Assembly: GCA_963799485.1 (NCBI GenBank)
Contig: CAWCXJ010000007.1
Span: forward strand, 448,001 to 512,000
From: an uncultured Trueperaceae bacterium
GTDB taxonomy: Bacteria; Deinococcota; Deinococci; Deinococcales; Trueperaceae
Length of the DNA stretch: 64,000 bases
Reading direction: 5' to 3'
Below the pieces are notes generated by a model, which saw only the letters and a program-made list of their open reading frames with translations, made no database searches and was not told where the DNA came from. Shown in pieces: positions 1 to 10,616 of the stretch. The number at the start of each line of letters is the position of its first letter. Positions within the stretch are counted from its first letter, which is position 1. Both the position numbers and the translations under genes were made by a program.

Positions 1-946
1 CAAGGTTCGGCGCTTTGTCACCCAAGTAAAGCGCGGCCCCCGCATTAAGTAGCACCACGTCGCGTTTGGCTCCGTGCAGCGCGTTGTTAAGAAGTGCGCG
101 AATCGTCACGGCGTTTTCTTCGGGGGTGCCGCCGGAGAGCTCGAGCCTATCGAAAAATCCCAGCCCTACACTCTGAGGATGCACGGTGTAGGTGCGGAGC
201 GTCCCATCCTCACCCAGTTCAGTGACGCGCGTTTCACCGCAAACCGTCAGCTCGTCCAAACCGTCGCCGTGAACGACGAGCGCCCGCTCGACCCCTAAAC
301 CCGCCAAAACCTGTGCGAGTGGTTCGGTCAACTTGGGGTCGTAGACGCCTAAAAGTTGCCGGTTGGCTCCGGCAGGGTTCGTCAGCGGGCCGAGGCTGTT
401 GAAAATCGTGCGCGCCCGTAAATCGGCGCGAATCGGCGCGACGAATTTCATCGCCGGATGGTGCGTTTTGGCGAAGATAAACGTCAAACCGACCTCTTCT
501 ATACACGCGGCGAGTTGTTCGGGCGTCCCCTCGAGCTTGGCCCCCAACGCCTCCAACACGTCTGCTGCCCCTGACTTGCGCGTTACGGCGCGGTTGCCGT
601 GCTTGGCGACCTTGACGCCGCCGGCTGCCAGTACAAACAAACTCGCCGTGCTGATATTAAAGGTGCTGAGGCCCGTGCCGCCCGTGCCGCAGGTGTCCAA
701 AAGCGGCCCCGATACGTTTACAGGCACGTGAACGGCACGCTCCCGCATCGCCCGCGCAAAACCGATCACCTCAGCGACAGTTTCGCCCCGCGTGCGAAGC
801 GCCGCTAACAGTGCCGCCGCCTGCATCTGGCTGAGCTGTCCGTCCATCAGGTGGCCCATCACCCATTCGGCCCGCTCCTGTGAAAGCGTTTGCCCGTCGA
901 AAACATCGCCCAAAAGCGTCGTAATATCAAAGTTTACTTCAGTCAC
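1..946 (-). CDS. trpD: Anthranilate phosphoribosyltransferase (runs off the window start)
   Basis: Manual minus-strand translation from GTG at 946 gives ...LRTRGET...DTCGTGGTGLSTFNIST...AKHGNRA. Lies in the trp operon. Not in the ORF track. Confidence 0.93.
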   Translation of the reverse strand, partial: MTEVNFDITTLLGDVFDGQTLSQERAEWVMGHLMDGQLSQMQAAALLAALRTRGETVAEVIGFARAMRERAVHVPVNVSGPLLDTCGTGGTGLSTFNISTASLFVLAAGGVKVAKHGNRAVTRKSGAADVLEALGAKLEGTPEQLAACIEEVGLTFIFAKTHHPAMKFVAPIRADLRARTIFNSLGPLTNPAGANRQLLGVYDPKLTEPLAQVLAGLGVERALVVHGDGLDELTVCGETRVTELGEDGTLRTYTVHPQSVGLGFFDRLELSGGTPEENAVTIRALLNNALHGAKRDVVLLNAGAALYLGDKAPNL

Positions 947-1757
947 ATCTCTCCTCTAGTGCGCCCAGTAGATAGGCCCGTTCGTAAGCGTAAACTTCAG
1001 GGGCCAGTCGCTGCCAGAACAGACGCGGCGGCCCCAACAGCGCAAAGCGTTTAAGCGCCAGTAAACCCCAATGTACGCCCAGGCGATACTTGAGCGCCGG
1101 ATAGCGCCCTGCCAAACGCCGCGCGTTGCGGCCTGCGCTGTAGGCTTTTTGCAGGTCGCCCGAACGCACCGGGTTGGGGCCGAGATGCTGCGCGGGCGCG
1201 TCCGGCAAGGCCACAAAGGGCAATTCTTTGAGGGCAAACCCGAGCGCCACATCTTCGCCGCCGTACCCCGAAAGCGTTTCGTCAAAGCCGCCGACGCGCC
1301 GAAAAGCTGCTGCCGGAACGCTCGTATTCGCGCCGCTCAGGTTCCAGAAGCCGACCCGTTGGGGCGACCACCTTTCGGTATGGTTTGCCGCGATGAACTC
1401 GAGCCCCCCCACTGCCACACACGGACGCAGCTGCTCAGCAAGATGTTTTCGCAACGTTTCCGGCGCAGGCAAACAGTCGTCGTCGGAAAAGTAGAGCACC
1501 CGGCCCGTCGCCGCTGCCGCACAGAGGTTGCGGGCGCGTGCAGGGCTTAGCAGTTCCGGCGAAACTTGAACCCGCAGACGGTAGGGCGTTTGAGTCTCCT
1601 CGAGCAGCTTGGCGGTTTCGTCGGTGCAAGCGTTGGCGAGCACAACGACTTCAAACTGTTCAGGCGGCAAAGTCTGGGCTTCAAGCGCCGCCAGCTTTTG
1701 CCGTAAAAGCGCCTCGCGGTCGTGTGTTACGGTAATCACGCTCAGCTGAACGCTCAT
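939..1757 (-). CDS. Glycosyltransferase family 2
   Basis: LSVITVTHDR N-terminus, FSDDD (DxD) motif, GGFDETLSGYGGED motif. Confidence 0.88.
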   Translation of the reverse strand: MSVQLSVITVTHDREALLRQKLAALEAQTLPPEQFEVVVLANACTDETAKLLEETQTPYRLRVQVSPELLSPARARNLCAAAATGRVLYFSDDDCLPAPETLRKHLAEQLRPCVAVGGLEFIAANHTERWSPQRVGFWNLSGANTSVPAAAFRRVGGFDETLSGYGGEDVALGFALKELPFVALPDAPAQHLGPNPVRSGDLQKAYSAGRNARRLAGRYPALKYRLGVHWGLLALKRFALLGPPRLFWQRLAPEVYAYERAYLLGALEERCD

Positions 1758-2143
1758 ACCTCGACCTTGTAAGAAAGCCCCAAATCGTCCCCCGGCAGGC
1801 CGCGAATACCCCAGTTTTCTCGTGGCGTCTCGAGGAGGGTCAGCTCGAGGTCGTTCACCTCGTACCCAAGTTCCGCCGTAAAACGCCCATACAGCAGCCG
1901 AATCAGCCGTTTTTTTGCCTCTGCCGAACGACCTTCAAATATGTGAATCTCGAGAATCGTGTAGCGTTCTGAACGCCCTGCCGGAAAAATAAAGTCTTCG
2001 GGTTCTAATGGGAAAAACCTGTGAAACCGTTTGTCTTCGGGCAAGGCAAAGGCGTCTACCAAACAGCTGTGAATGAGGCTCGAAAGCTGTTTCCTGCACG
2101 TTTTGCGATGTGACGCCAGCGCGTACATTTTTACCTGTGCCAC
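1754..2143 (-). CDS. Tautomerase family protein
   Basis: AQVKMY...LPEDKRFHRF...GRSAEAKKRLI...ETPRENWGIRG. GTG start at 2143 is inferred. Confidence 0.8.
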   Translation of the reverse strand: MAQVKMYALASHRKTCRKQLSSLIHSCLVDAFALPEDKRFHRFFPLEPEDFIFPAGRSERYTILEIHIFEGRSAEAKKRLIRLLYGRFTAELGYEVNDLELTLLETPRENWGIRGLPGDDLGLSYKVEV

Positions 2144-2633
2144 GTGAGGGTGAACCCTTGAGCCTCGAGGTAAGCGTGCAAACTGTAGCCGCACTTTGCT
2201 AAACCGTTAAGAAGATTGTGCGCTGCACTGAGCGCATACGCCACTTCTTCCGGCGTCAAAAGCCCTTCGGTTTGCGCCTCTAAAAACTCATCCGTATCTG
2301 CAATATAGGCTGCCTGCCCTTCGACGACCACGATGTCAAGATAAAGGTCACGACTTGTCCAGCACGTTTCGTTCATCTCAAACGTCATCACATCCACGTA
2401 AAAGTCGTACCAAGCGTACTCGCTACCCGGCTGATGCCCCCAGCGGTTGACCTGAAGCCCCAGAGCGGGCAGCAAATACGCTTCCATATAGGCGATGCGC
2501 GGATGACCCACGAGAGGCCGCGCCAGATAGAGCCAGCCGTCGCCCTTTTGGTAACGGTCTACGGGGAACGCGCCTTTACTGACGATGTGTGTTCGTGCCT
2601 CCAAATCGTAGTAGGTAACTTTCGGCGCGTGCA

Positions 2634-2634
<1 letters not shown>
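2131..2634 (-). CDS. DUF402 domain protein
   Basis: HAPK N-terminus, YDFYVD and RDLYLDIVV...DTDEF motifs. Confidence 0.78.
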
Positions 2635-3209
<575 letters not shown>

Positions 3210-3259
3210 TGACAGCCTTTATCAGCAATGAGAATGAGAACGGCAGGAGTGTAGACATT

Positions 3260-3680
3260 TACTGCAGCCTGTTCGTTTGGTAGGGACGCTTTAAGACACC
3301 CAAGGTACGGAAACTTCTTCAGCGTAGACCGACAACTCTTCGAAAACTCCGACTTCTTTCGAGTAATCTAAATCAGTTCGATGCTAAAGCTGGTGAGACG
3401 CCCCTGCACAAGAAGCCTTAGCGAGGAAACGAAGCGGTGACATCATCGGCAGCAGCTGCGCTGCAGTAACCGACCACTTCAGCCGATTGGACATCTGGAC
3501 ACCGAGCACGGCTGTCGCTTGACGCGATAATCGCCAAATCTTTAGCGAAAGCACTCGGCGCGCTGCAAAGTAACAGCCGGAGGCTCTTGGGTGACGCTCG
3601 AGAAGTCCCCAAGCTCTCGCACCAGGTCAGCGAGAGCCAAAGCGTCGTCCACGCGTACATGCCCGTTGCAAATACTCATT
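3260..3680 (-). pseudogene. Degraded four-helix-bundle protein gene (23S rRNA IVS protein family)
   Basis: Frame-broken fragments in the family order: FAKD, RA.VS.MSN.AE, LAKASCA, DLDY, FEELSVYAEEVS. Short ctcatt repeats lie downstream. Confidence 0.5.
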
Positions 3681-5115
3681 AGGCTTCAAATCCTTCTGTC
3701 GCCAATTCAACCGCCCGCACGAGCGCCGCCAACTTGTTCATACTCTCCTGATACTCGTACTCCGGGTCGGAATCGGCTACCACACCGCCCCCGGCTTGCA
3801 GGTGAATCTTGCCCCCCGTAATCACGGCGGTGCGGAGCGTCAACGCCATATCCATCGCGCCGGAGACCGACACGTAGCCGAACGCGCCCGCGTAGGGGCC
3901 ACGGCGAACGGTTTCCAACTCGTCGATAATCTCCATCGCCCGGATTTTCGGTGCGCCCGAAGCCGTCCCCATCGGCAGGGTCGAGGCGAGCGCGTCGAGC
4001 GGGGTCTTGTCTTCGGAAAGTCGGCCCTCAACCGTCGAGACGATGTGCATCACGTGGCTGTAGCGCTCTACGCGCATCAAGTCGGTAACACGCACGCTAC
4101 CGAACTCGCACACCCGCCCGAGGTCGTTGCGGCCCAAATCGACGAGCATGATGTGTTCAGCGCGTTCTTTGGCGTCGGCCAGCAGCTCGGTTTTGAGAAC
4201 ATCGTCTTCGGCAGCGTCCTTGCCGCGTTTACGAGTTCCGGCAATTGGCAGCGTTTCGACGTTTTTGCCGTCACTCCGTACCAGACTTTCGGGGCTGCTG
4301 GCAACCAAAGTCACCGGACCGAGGTCCAGATAACCCAGGTAAGGACTCGGATTGACGACGCGGAGCGCCCGGTAAAGCGCAAACGGATGAACGCCCAGCT
4401 CGGCGCTCAGGCGCTGGCTCGGCACAACCTGAAAAATGTCGCCGGCGTGGATGTATTCGACGGCCTTGGCAACGGCGTCCATGTACTGGTCTTTGCTAAC
4501 GTTCGGCGTAAAGCTGACGCGCCGCCCCGCCCGGTCGCCCGGAACGCCCGGAAGCGGCCCGCGCAACTTGCCGTAAAGTCCCTCGATAAGCGTGTGCGCC
4601 CGCGCCTCGTCCGCGTCGTTGCCGACTTCGGCGGGCGCAACCAAAAAGATACGCCGCTTGAGGTGGTCGAAGATAATCAGCGCTTCGGGTTCGATAAATA
4701 AAAGGTCGGGAACGCCCAACTCATCGGGGTTGGCGTCGGGCAAACTTTCGTACTGCCGGATGAGGTCGTAGGCGGCGTAACCGACGCTGCCGGCCCAGAA
4801 GTCGGGCAGGTTAGGGTCTTGTTCAGCACCCCGGACAGTCAAATCCCACAAGACGCGCAGTGGGTCGGCACTCTGAAAACTCTCTGCACCTTCGGGTGTG
4901 CTGACCTGTACGGTGCTGCCGCGCACCTCAATACGGCGGCGTTCACCGGTACCGATAAACGAATAGCGGGCGACGCGCTCGCCCTGCTCGACCGACTCGA
5001 GCAAAAAACTCGGGTGTCCGGCAACCTTGAGGTACGCGGTCAGCGGGGTCTCGAGGTCGGCTAGAACTTCTTTGTAGACAGGTTTGATGCGTGGCTTAGA
5101 GGTAGGGATAAGCAA
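3679..5115 (-). CDS. trpE: Anthranilate synthase component I
   Basis: ADLETP, FLLESVE, AGDIFQVVPSQR, KERAEHIMLVDLGRND, GAPKIRAM. Start codon uncertain (see findings). Confidence 0.96.
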   Translation of the reverse strand: MLIPTSKPRIKPVYKEVLADLETPLTAYLKVAGHPSFLLESVEQGERVARYSFIGTGERRRIEVRGSTVQVSTPEGAESFQSADPLRVLWDLTVRGAEQDPNLPDFWAGSVGYAAYDLIRQYESLPDANPDELGVPDLLFIEPEALIIFDHLKRRIFLVAPAEVGNDADEARAHTLIEGLYGKLRGPLPGVPGDRAGRRVSFTPNVSKDQYMDAVAKAVEYIHAGDIFQVVPSQRLSAELGVHPFALYRALRVVNPSPYLGYLDLGPVTLVASSPESLVRSDGKNVETLPIAGTRKRGKDAAEDDVLKTELLADAKERAEHIMLVDLGRNDLGRVCEFGSVRVTDLMRVERYSHVMHIVSTVEGRLSEDKTPLDALASTLPMGTASGAPKIRAMEIIDELETVRRGPYAGAFGYVSVSGAMDMALTLRTAVITGGKIHLQAGGGVVADSDPEYEYQESMNKLAALVRAVELATEGFEA

Positions 5116-5251
5116 AGCTCCTTTTCAGGCTCGAGCGAAACACAGGTAAAACAACGGTGACACCAGCATATAAAAGCTTGGGTCAGAGACGCCATCGCTG
5201 AGGCTCGAGCTGAAAGGACAGCTTAAAACGCATGGCGCAGTATAACAGGCT

Positions 5252-6475
5252 TTAGCGGGGTGGAGCTGCCGGCACAGGCGTCGGCGTGGTGGCAATTCTC
5301 AGGTGGTAGTAGCGCCAGCCCAGATAGTTGAGCCCCAGCATCAGCGCCATCGCTACGGCGCGTTTAAGCCCTGACCCCAGCACCAGCGGGACGATAAAGC
5401 TCGAGATACCCGCAAACAACATCGTCTGGATAAACCCCTGCAACGACGCCGCCAAGCCCCGACTTTTGGGAAACAAATCGAGCGCGTAAAGCGTAACGAT
5501 CGGCCCTTGCAACGCCGCCCCGAGCGTATAAAAAACGAGCGGCAACACTGCCCACGGCACTTGCGGCGTAAAAAATACGTTGTAAACGAGGTTGAACACC
5601 GCCCCGCCGAGCATCAGCAGATAGCCGTAGCCGGCCACCCGCTCGGCAGACATACGTCCGGCAGTAAGGTTCACCAGCCACGAACCGCCGACCAGACCGA
5701 TCACCAGCGGGACGAACAACCAAGCAAACGCCGTATCGGGAAGCCCCAGGACGCCCAGGATAAAGTCCGACGACGACGCCACGTAGAGCAAAAAGCCGCC
5801 GAACCCGAACCCCAAAGACGCGACGAGCGCGACGAAACGACCGCTGCCGAAGATACTCAGGTAGGTGCGCGTGAGGGGCAAGGGGTGAAACGGCGTGCGC
5901 GCCTCGGCGGGCAGCGTTTCAGGGAGGGTCGCCAGCGCGACGAGCAGCAGGGTTCCGCCGAACAGCGTCAGAAAGACGAATACAGACTGCCAGCCGAAAA
6001 ACGCGTGCAGATAGCCGCCCAAAATCGGCGCGACCGCCGGGGCCAGGCCGAAGAGCATCGTAACCTGCGCCATCAGTTTGTGCGCCTGCGAACCCCCGAA
6101 GTAGTCGCGAATCATCGCCCGCCCGACGATCACGCCCGCCCCGGCTGCTGAACCTTGCAAGATGCGGAAGGCGAGGAGCCAGCCGAAACTCGGCGCGAAC
6201 GCGCAGCCAAGCGCGGCGACGACGTAAACGGCGAGAGAGACCAGAATCACCGGACGCCGCCCGAACGAGTCCGACAGCGCGCCGTGAAAGAGCATCATCG
6301 CCGCGAGCGCGACGAGGTAATAGGTCAACGTTCCCTGTACCTGCAGCAAACTTACGCCAAAATATTCGGCAATCGCCCCGAACGACGGAAAATAGGTATC
6401 GATAGAAAATGGGCCGAGTGCGGCCAGTCCTGCCAGAATAAGGGTAAGCCTCGAGCCTTTGACCTTTGCTTTCAC
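5252..6475 (-). CDS. Bcr/CflA family multidrug efflux MFS transporter
   Basis: GPFSIDTYFP, GALSDSFGRRPV (MFS motif A), about 12 hydrophobic segments. GTG start is inferred. Confidence 0.9.
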   Translation of the reverse strand: MKAKVKGSRLTLILAGLAALGPFSIDTYFPSFGAIAEYFGVSLLQVQGTLTYYLVALAAMMLFHGALSDSFGRRPVILVSLAVYVVAALGCAFAPSFGWLLAFRILQGSAAGAGVIVGRAMIRDYFGGSQAHKLMAQVTMLFGLAPAVAPILGGYLHAFFGWQSVFVFLTLFGGTLLLVALATLPETLPAEARTPFHPLPLTRTYLSIFGSGRFVALVASLGFGFGGFLLYVASSSDFILGVLGLPDTAFAWLFVPLVIGLVGGSWLVNLTAGRMSAERVAGYGYLLMLGGAVFNLVYNVFFTPQVPWAVLPLVFYTLGAALQGPIVTLYALDLFPKSRGLAASLQGFIQTMLFAGISSFIVPLVLGSGLKRAVAMALMLGLNYLGWRYYHLRIATTPTPVPAAPPR

Positions 6476-6648
6476 AGCCACCTCACCCTCGCACTTTAGC
6501 GTTTTGGCTTCGGTCTTACGTGTCTTGCCGGGTACAGGGGGGTACAGGGAAAGCAAAACTTACTGTAGCGCGGCCTACAAGCACGCCTAATGGTCTACAA
6601 TCGGCCCCAGGGCAAGCTATACCTACAAGCTATATCTGGAGGTTTGTT

Positions 6649-7158
6649 ATGGTACTTAACAACCGGCGTATCGGTTTCGGTCTCATTGTGGGCGGCGGTT
6701 TGCTGCTTATCGGTACGCTCCTCAGCAGGTCGGGCGCAGAATTGTGGCCCCTTTTTATCCTCGTACCGGGACTCGTCTTTTTGGCAGTTGCGGCCTTCGG
6801 GCCGTCAGGAACCGCAGGCTTGTTTATCCCTGGTAGCGTCCTGACAACCCTGGGTCTGCTCTTTTTCGTACAGGTCGCCACCGACCATTTCGAGAGCTGG
6901 GCCTACGCCTGGGCGCTTATCTGGGGTGCAGTCGGGGTCGGACTGCTGCTTCAGGGACGGCGCACCAAAAATTCCGGGCTTACAGGGCAGGGCAGGCGAC
7001 TGGTGGGGCCGGCTGCCGCCGCTTTTCTAATCGGCTTCGTCTTCTTTGAAGGGTTTATCTTCGGCGATACCGACAGCTGGCTTTTTCGCGTCGGTCTGCC
7101 GGTCGTCTTTATCGGTGCCGGGGCTTTTTTGCTGCTTAGACCCGGTTCGGAACGGTAG
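6649..7158 (+). CDS. Integral membrane protein (LiaF/LiaI-like transmembrane region)
   Basis: GGAGG RBS before the ATG at 6649, several TM segments, LWPLFILVPG motif. Confidence 0.7.
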   Translation: MVLNNRRIGFGLIVGGGLLLIGTLLSRSGAELWPLFILVPGLVFLAVAAFGPSGTAGLFIPGSVLTTLGLLFFVQVATDHFESWAYAWALIWGAVGVGLLLQGRRTKNSGLTGQGRRLVGPAAAAFLIGFVFFEGFIFGDTDSWLFRVGLPVVFIGAGAFLLLRPGSER

Positions 7159-7223
7159 CGTGGGTTGCCAAGGGCCTGAAGGCTGTTGTAAACAGCGTAG
7201 AATACGGTCGCCGTAAACCGAGT

Positions 7224-7493
7224 TCAGGCAGGCTCGAGCGGTACCAGCCACCAGAGCAGCACGTACCCGATTGCCAGAATCCCGCCGGAAAAAAAAGTCG
7301 CTACCGAAAAGATGATTCTTACGGCTTTTGGACTTGCCCCGACGAACTCGGCAATACCGCCCAGTACACCCGTCAGTACCCGGTCTTGACGCGAGCGCCT
7401 TAGTTTGGCGTCGGTTTGAGGGCGACGGGCGCGGCGCTGATTATGGGGTAAAGCGTCGTGCGGCAGGGCGTCGGGTGAATCGGAGTCGTTCAT
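7224..7493 (-). CDS. PspC domain protein
   Basis: LRRSRQDRVLTGVLGGIAEF...YVLLWWLVP. Confidence 0.88.
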   Translation of the reverse strand: MNDSDSPDALPHDALPHNQRRARRPQTDAKLRRSRQDRVLTGVLGGIAEFVGASPKAVRIIFSVATFFSGGILAIGYVLLWWLVPLEPA

Positions 7494-7840
7494 GGCACTA
7501 CCTTAGCAAGCGGAAGTTGCGGGCGCAGCGCCGCATCTTGCAGGGCGGCGTGAACCTCGGCCTCGAGCCGCCGAATTTCGAGGCCCTCGTAAACATCGGG
7601 CAAAAGCGCCAGGTGCGCCAGAGCTTTCGCGTAGTTGCGCCGTCCACCGCGTGGATTATCCATCTTGTGCGCCTTGTGCAGCGCCGCCGCCAGCAAAATT
7701 ACACCCGCACAGAGGCGTTTTTGAAGTCCTTCCGCGCTCATCCACAGGGGTTCTAGTGCTTCGTGCGCTTCCCAGTATTCGCCCGCATTAAAAAGCTGCC
7801 CGCCTTCTAGCCACGCCGGATTGGAGGTTACCGCGCTCAC
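7490..7840 (-). CDS. DUF309 domain protein
   Basis: LFNAGEYWEAHEALEPLW. Confidence 0.85.
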   Translation of the reverse strand: MSAVTSNPAWLEGGQLFNAGEYWEAHEALEPLWMSAEGLQKRLCAGVILLAAALHKAHKMDNPRGGRRNYAKALAHLALLPDVYEGLEIRRLEAEVHAALQDAALRPQLPLAKVVP

Positions 7841-8223
7841 CTGTCGGCGTCCCGAAAAGCGCGTTCACGCCGTAAATCGTCCTCGATCAAAGACACGTCG
7901 CCCGCTTGCGACTCGACGTGGTGGCGCAGTTCATGGGTAAGGGTGTCCCAGAGTTCGGCTTCCCAGTCGAAACCGGGGTCGTGCTCGGCAAGGGCGGCGA
8001 ACGAGCCGTAGTAGAGTGCGATGTGACGACCCAACCCTTCACCGGCCCCTAAAAAGCTGCTCGGGCCGGGGTCCAGGTATTCGCCCAAACGGTAGACCTC
8101 GTGAAAGTTGGGCTCGAGTCTCACTTCAGGGAGCGCGTGAACCCCCTGCAAGTCGGTTAAAAACTCGTCCGGAATGTCTTCAACCATGTCCGCTAGAGCA
8201 GCTTCAAACTCGCTAAACGTCAT
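7837..8223 (-). CDS. Zincin-like metallopeptidase family protein
   Basis: LGEY, IALYYGSF, TLTHELRHH (HExxH). Confidence 0.8.
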   Translation of the reverse strand: MTFSEFEAALADMVEDIPDEFLTDLQGVHALPEVRLEPNFHEVYRLGEYLDPGPSSFLGAGEGLGRHIALYYGSFAALAEHDPGFDWEAELWDTLTHELRHHVESQAGDVSLIEDDLRRERAFRDADR

Positions 8224-8278
8224 CTGACAAGTTTACGCGCCGGACGCGCCCCGGGCGGTAGTGAGGTATCGTAAGCGC

Positions 8279-8857
8279 GTGTTAGCAACGACAACTGCGC
8301 CCAAACGCATCGTCGTCGGCGTTTCCGGCGGCAGCGGCTTGCGTTACGCTTTAGACCTCTTAAAGACGCTCCGAACGTTGCCGGTCGAAGTACATCTGGT
8401 GGTAACTAGCGGAGCCAAGCAGGTGATTCCTACAGAACTCGGCGAGACGCTGCCGGGGCTCGAGGCGCTGGCCGACGCCGTGCATAAAGACGCCGATTTG
8501 GGCGCGGCGATTTCGTCGGGCTCGTTCAGGGCGCACGGGATGGTGATTGTGCCGTGTTCTGCCGGGACGCTTGCCAAGGTCGCGCACGGGTTCGCCGACA
8601 ACCTGCTCGCGCGGGCGGCCCACGTCACGCTTAAAGAGCGGCGTCCGCTGGTTCTGGTCGTGCGTGAAGCGCCGTTTTCCAGGCCGATGCTGCAAAACAT
8701 GCTCGCCGCACATGACGCCGGGGCCGCCATCATGCCCGCGTCACCGGGGTTTTATCACCGTCCGGAGACGATAGCTGAACTCGTCGGGACGGTTACGGCG
8801 CGGACGCTCGACTTGTTGGGGCTTGAAAACACTAGGTCACCGAGATGGAAAGAATAA
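8279..8857 (+). CDS. ubiX: Flavin prenyltransferase UbiX
   Basis: VVGVSGGSG, ISSGSF, PCSAGTL, LKERRPLVLVVRE, PASPGFYH. Start is inferred. Confidence 0.93.
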   Translation: MLATTTAPKRIVVGVSGGSGLRYALDLLKTLRTLPVEVHLVVTSGAKQVIPTELGETLPGLEALADAVHKDADLGAAISSGSFRAHGMVIVPCSAGTLAKVAHGFADNLLARAAHVTLKERRPLVLVVREAPFSRPMLQNMLAAHDAGAAIMPASPGFYHRPETIAELVGTVTARTLDLLGLENTRSPRWKE

Positions 8858-9501
8858 AGGTCGCGGCGCTGATTCCGGCAGCGGGGGAAGGCCTGCGGCT
8901 CGGGCGCGGCCCCAAAGCGCTCGTCGGTGTGGCGGGGGAGACCCTCTTAAACCGCGCAGTACAGGCGTTTGCCGGTCTGGTCGCTGAGGTTGTCGTGGCG
9001 GTAGCGCCGACGATGCCGGCGGGGCTCGAGCTTCCTCCGGACGTTCACCGGGTTTTAGGCGGAGCCACCCGCCAAGAAAGTGTTTACAGGCTTTTACGCG
9101 CAACCGACGCCGACGTGGTGCTTATCCACGACGCCGCGCGGCCCTTTTTGAGTTGCCGGATTATCGAAGATGTCATCGCTACAGCTAAACGTCACGGCGC
9201 GGCCTCAGTCGTAAATACCGTAGCCGACACGCTTATCGAAGCCCGCACCGGGCGCGTCATCGACCGGGGAACGCTCCGCGCGGTGCAGACGCCGCAAGGC
9301 TTTCGCCGGGAACTGATTTTAGCGGCGCACGACCACGCGCGGCGCTCGGGTTACGCCGCGACCGACGACGCGGGCCTGGTGCGTACTCTCGGTCACGAAG
9401 TCGCGCTTGTCGAGGGGAACAGCTGGCTGATGAAGGTGACGACCCAAGCCGACCTCGAGCTGGCTGAAGCCTTAGCCGCCGTCTGGGACACCCGGTGCTG
9501 A
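8845..9501 (+). CDS. ispD: 2-C-methyl-D-erythritol 4-phosphate cytidylyltransferase
   Basis: IPAAGEGLRLG, GGATRQESV, IHDAARPF, QTPQGF, TDDA, KVTTQADL. Confidence 0.94.
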   Translation: MERIKVAALIPAAGEGLRLGRGPKALVGVAGETLLNRAVQAFAGLVAEVVVAVAPTMPAGLELPPDVHRVLGGATRQESVYRLLRATDADVVLIHDAARPFLSCRIIEDVIATAKRHGAASVVNTVADTLIEARTGRVIDRGTLRAVQTPQGFRRELILAAHDHARRSGYAATDDAGLVRTLGHEVALVEGNSWLMKVTTQADLELAEALAAVWDTRC

Positions 9502-10277
9502 CCCTTAACGCCTACGCCAAAGTCAACCTGGGGCTGAGCGTGCTGGGCCGCCGCACCGACGGGTTTCACGACGTGGACACGCTGATGGTGCGGCTTTTGC
9601 TGCACGACACGCTGACGCTGACCCCGGCTGAACGTGGCGTAAAGCTCGAGCTGACCGGCACTGGCCTCGAGATTCCACCCGCACAAAACCTCGCTTACCG
9701 CGCTGCTGAACTGTACTTTCGTGAGACGGGCGTAACCGGCGGGGTCGAGCTGGGGCTCGCAAAACGCATCCCCGTCGCCGCCGGTCTGGGCGGCGGTTCC
9801 GCCGACGCCGGCGCGGTTTTACGGGGGCTGGCGCAGCTCTACCCGGCAGATGTCGATATTTTGGCGCTCGCGGCGCAACTCGGCTCGGACGTGCCGTTTT
9901 TTACGGCAGCTTTGGGTGCGGCCCGCGCCACCGGACGCGGGGAAGTGCTCGAGCCTGTGACAACCCCTGAGCTTCACCTTGTCTTGGTCAATCCGGGCGT
10001 GGGGGTGAGTGCCGGAGCCGCATACGGACGTCTGGATAAGGTGACAGAACCGCTCGCGCTGCAAACTGTTTTACGGCAACTGGGGCAGAACGAAGAACCG
10101 GATTACTTCAATGCACTGACGGCTGGGGTGGTAGAGCTCGAGCCCGTCGTCGGTGAAGTTTTGAGCGTTTTACGGCAAACGGGTCTTCGGGGCGTGCTGC
10201 TGTCGGGGTCGGGTTCGACGTGTTTTGCTCTGGCGAAGGGTCAGCGTGAGGCGCAACTTATTGCGGCAACGCTGTAA
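9495..10277 (+). CDS. ispE: 4-diphosphocytidyl-2-C-methyl-D-erythritol kinase (probable premature stop; frame continues to 10322)
   Basis: AKVNLGL, KRIPVAAGLGGGSAD, LGSDVPFF, SGSGST. In-frame EAYPTWWVSATHTF follows the TAA. Confidence 0.92.
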   Translation: MLTLNAYAKVNLGLSVLGRRTDGFHDVDTLMVRLLLHDTLTLTPAERGVKLELTGTGLEIPPAQNLAYRAAELYFRETGVTGGVELGLAKRIPVAAGLGGGSADAGAVLRGLAQLYPADVDILALAAQLGSDVPFFTAALGAARATGRGEVLEPVTTPELHLVLVNPGVGVSAGAAYGRLDKVTEPLALQTVLRQLGQNEEPDYFNALTAGVVELEPVVGEVLSVLRQTGLRGVLLSGSGSTCFALAKGQREAQLIAATL

Positions 10278-10616
10278 GAGGCGTATCCAACGTGGTGGGT
10301 AAGCGCTACGCATACTTTTTAACGGTCAGCCTAAACGCCGCTCTGGGTCGGTATGGTCGCGCACGAGCTGTTAAGAGTTCAGAAGCGTACCAGCCCGCCC
10401 GCAAAAACCAGCGGCACCGGACGCAGAGGTGGCTTCGGTACGTGGGCTTGTCTCGCTACCGTAAGACTTCGCCGGGGTCACGCGCGTTTTGCAGCACACC
10501 GTAGCGACCAGCGGCTTCTCTAGAACATGCGCCTGTCTTGCAGCGGTTTTGCACTTGCGCCAAAGCCCCGCGATGCCGCATAATCTGGGGAATAAACCAC
10601 AGCCCAGGAGGACGCC

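Noticed and set aside
3796..4701. Long antisense ORFs (also 11801-12640, 28261-28920 and others)
   Set aside because: Shadow frames of GC-rich genes, with no recognisable motifs.
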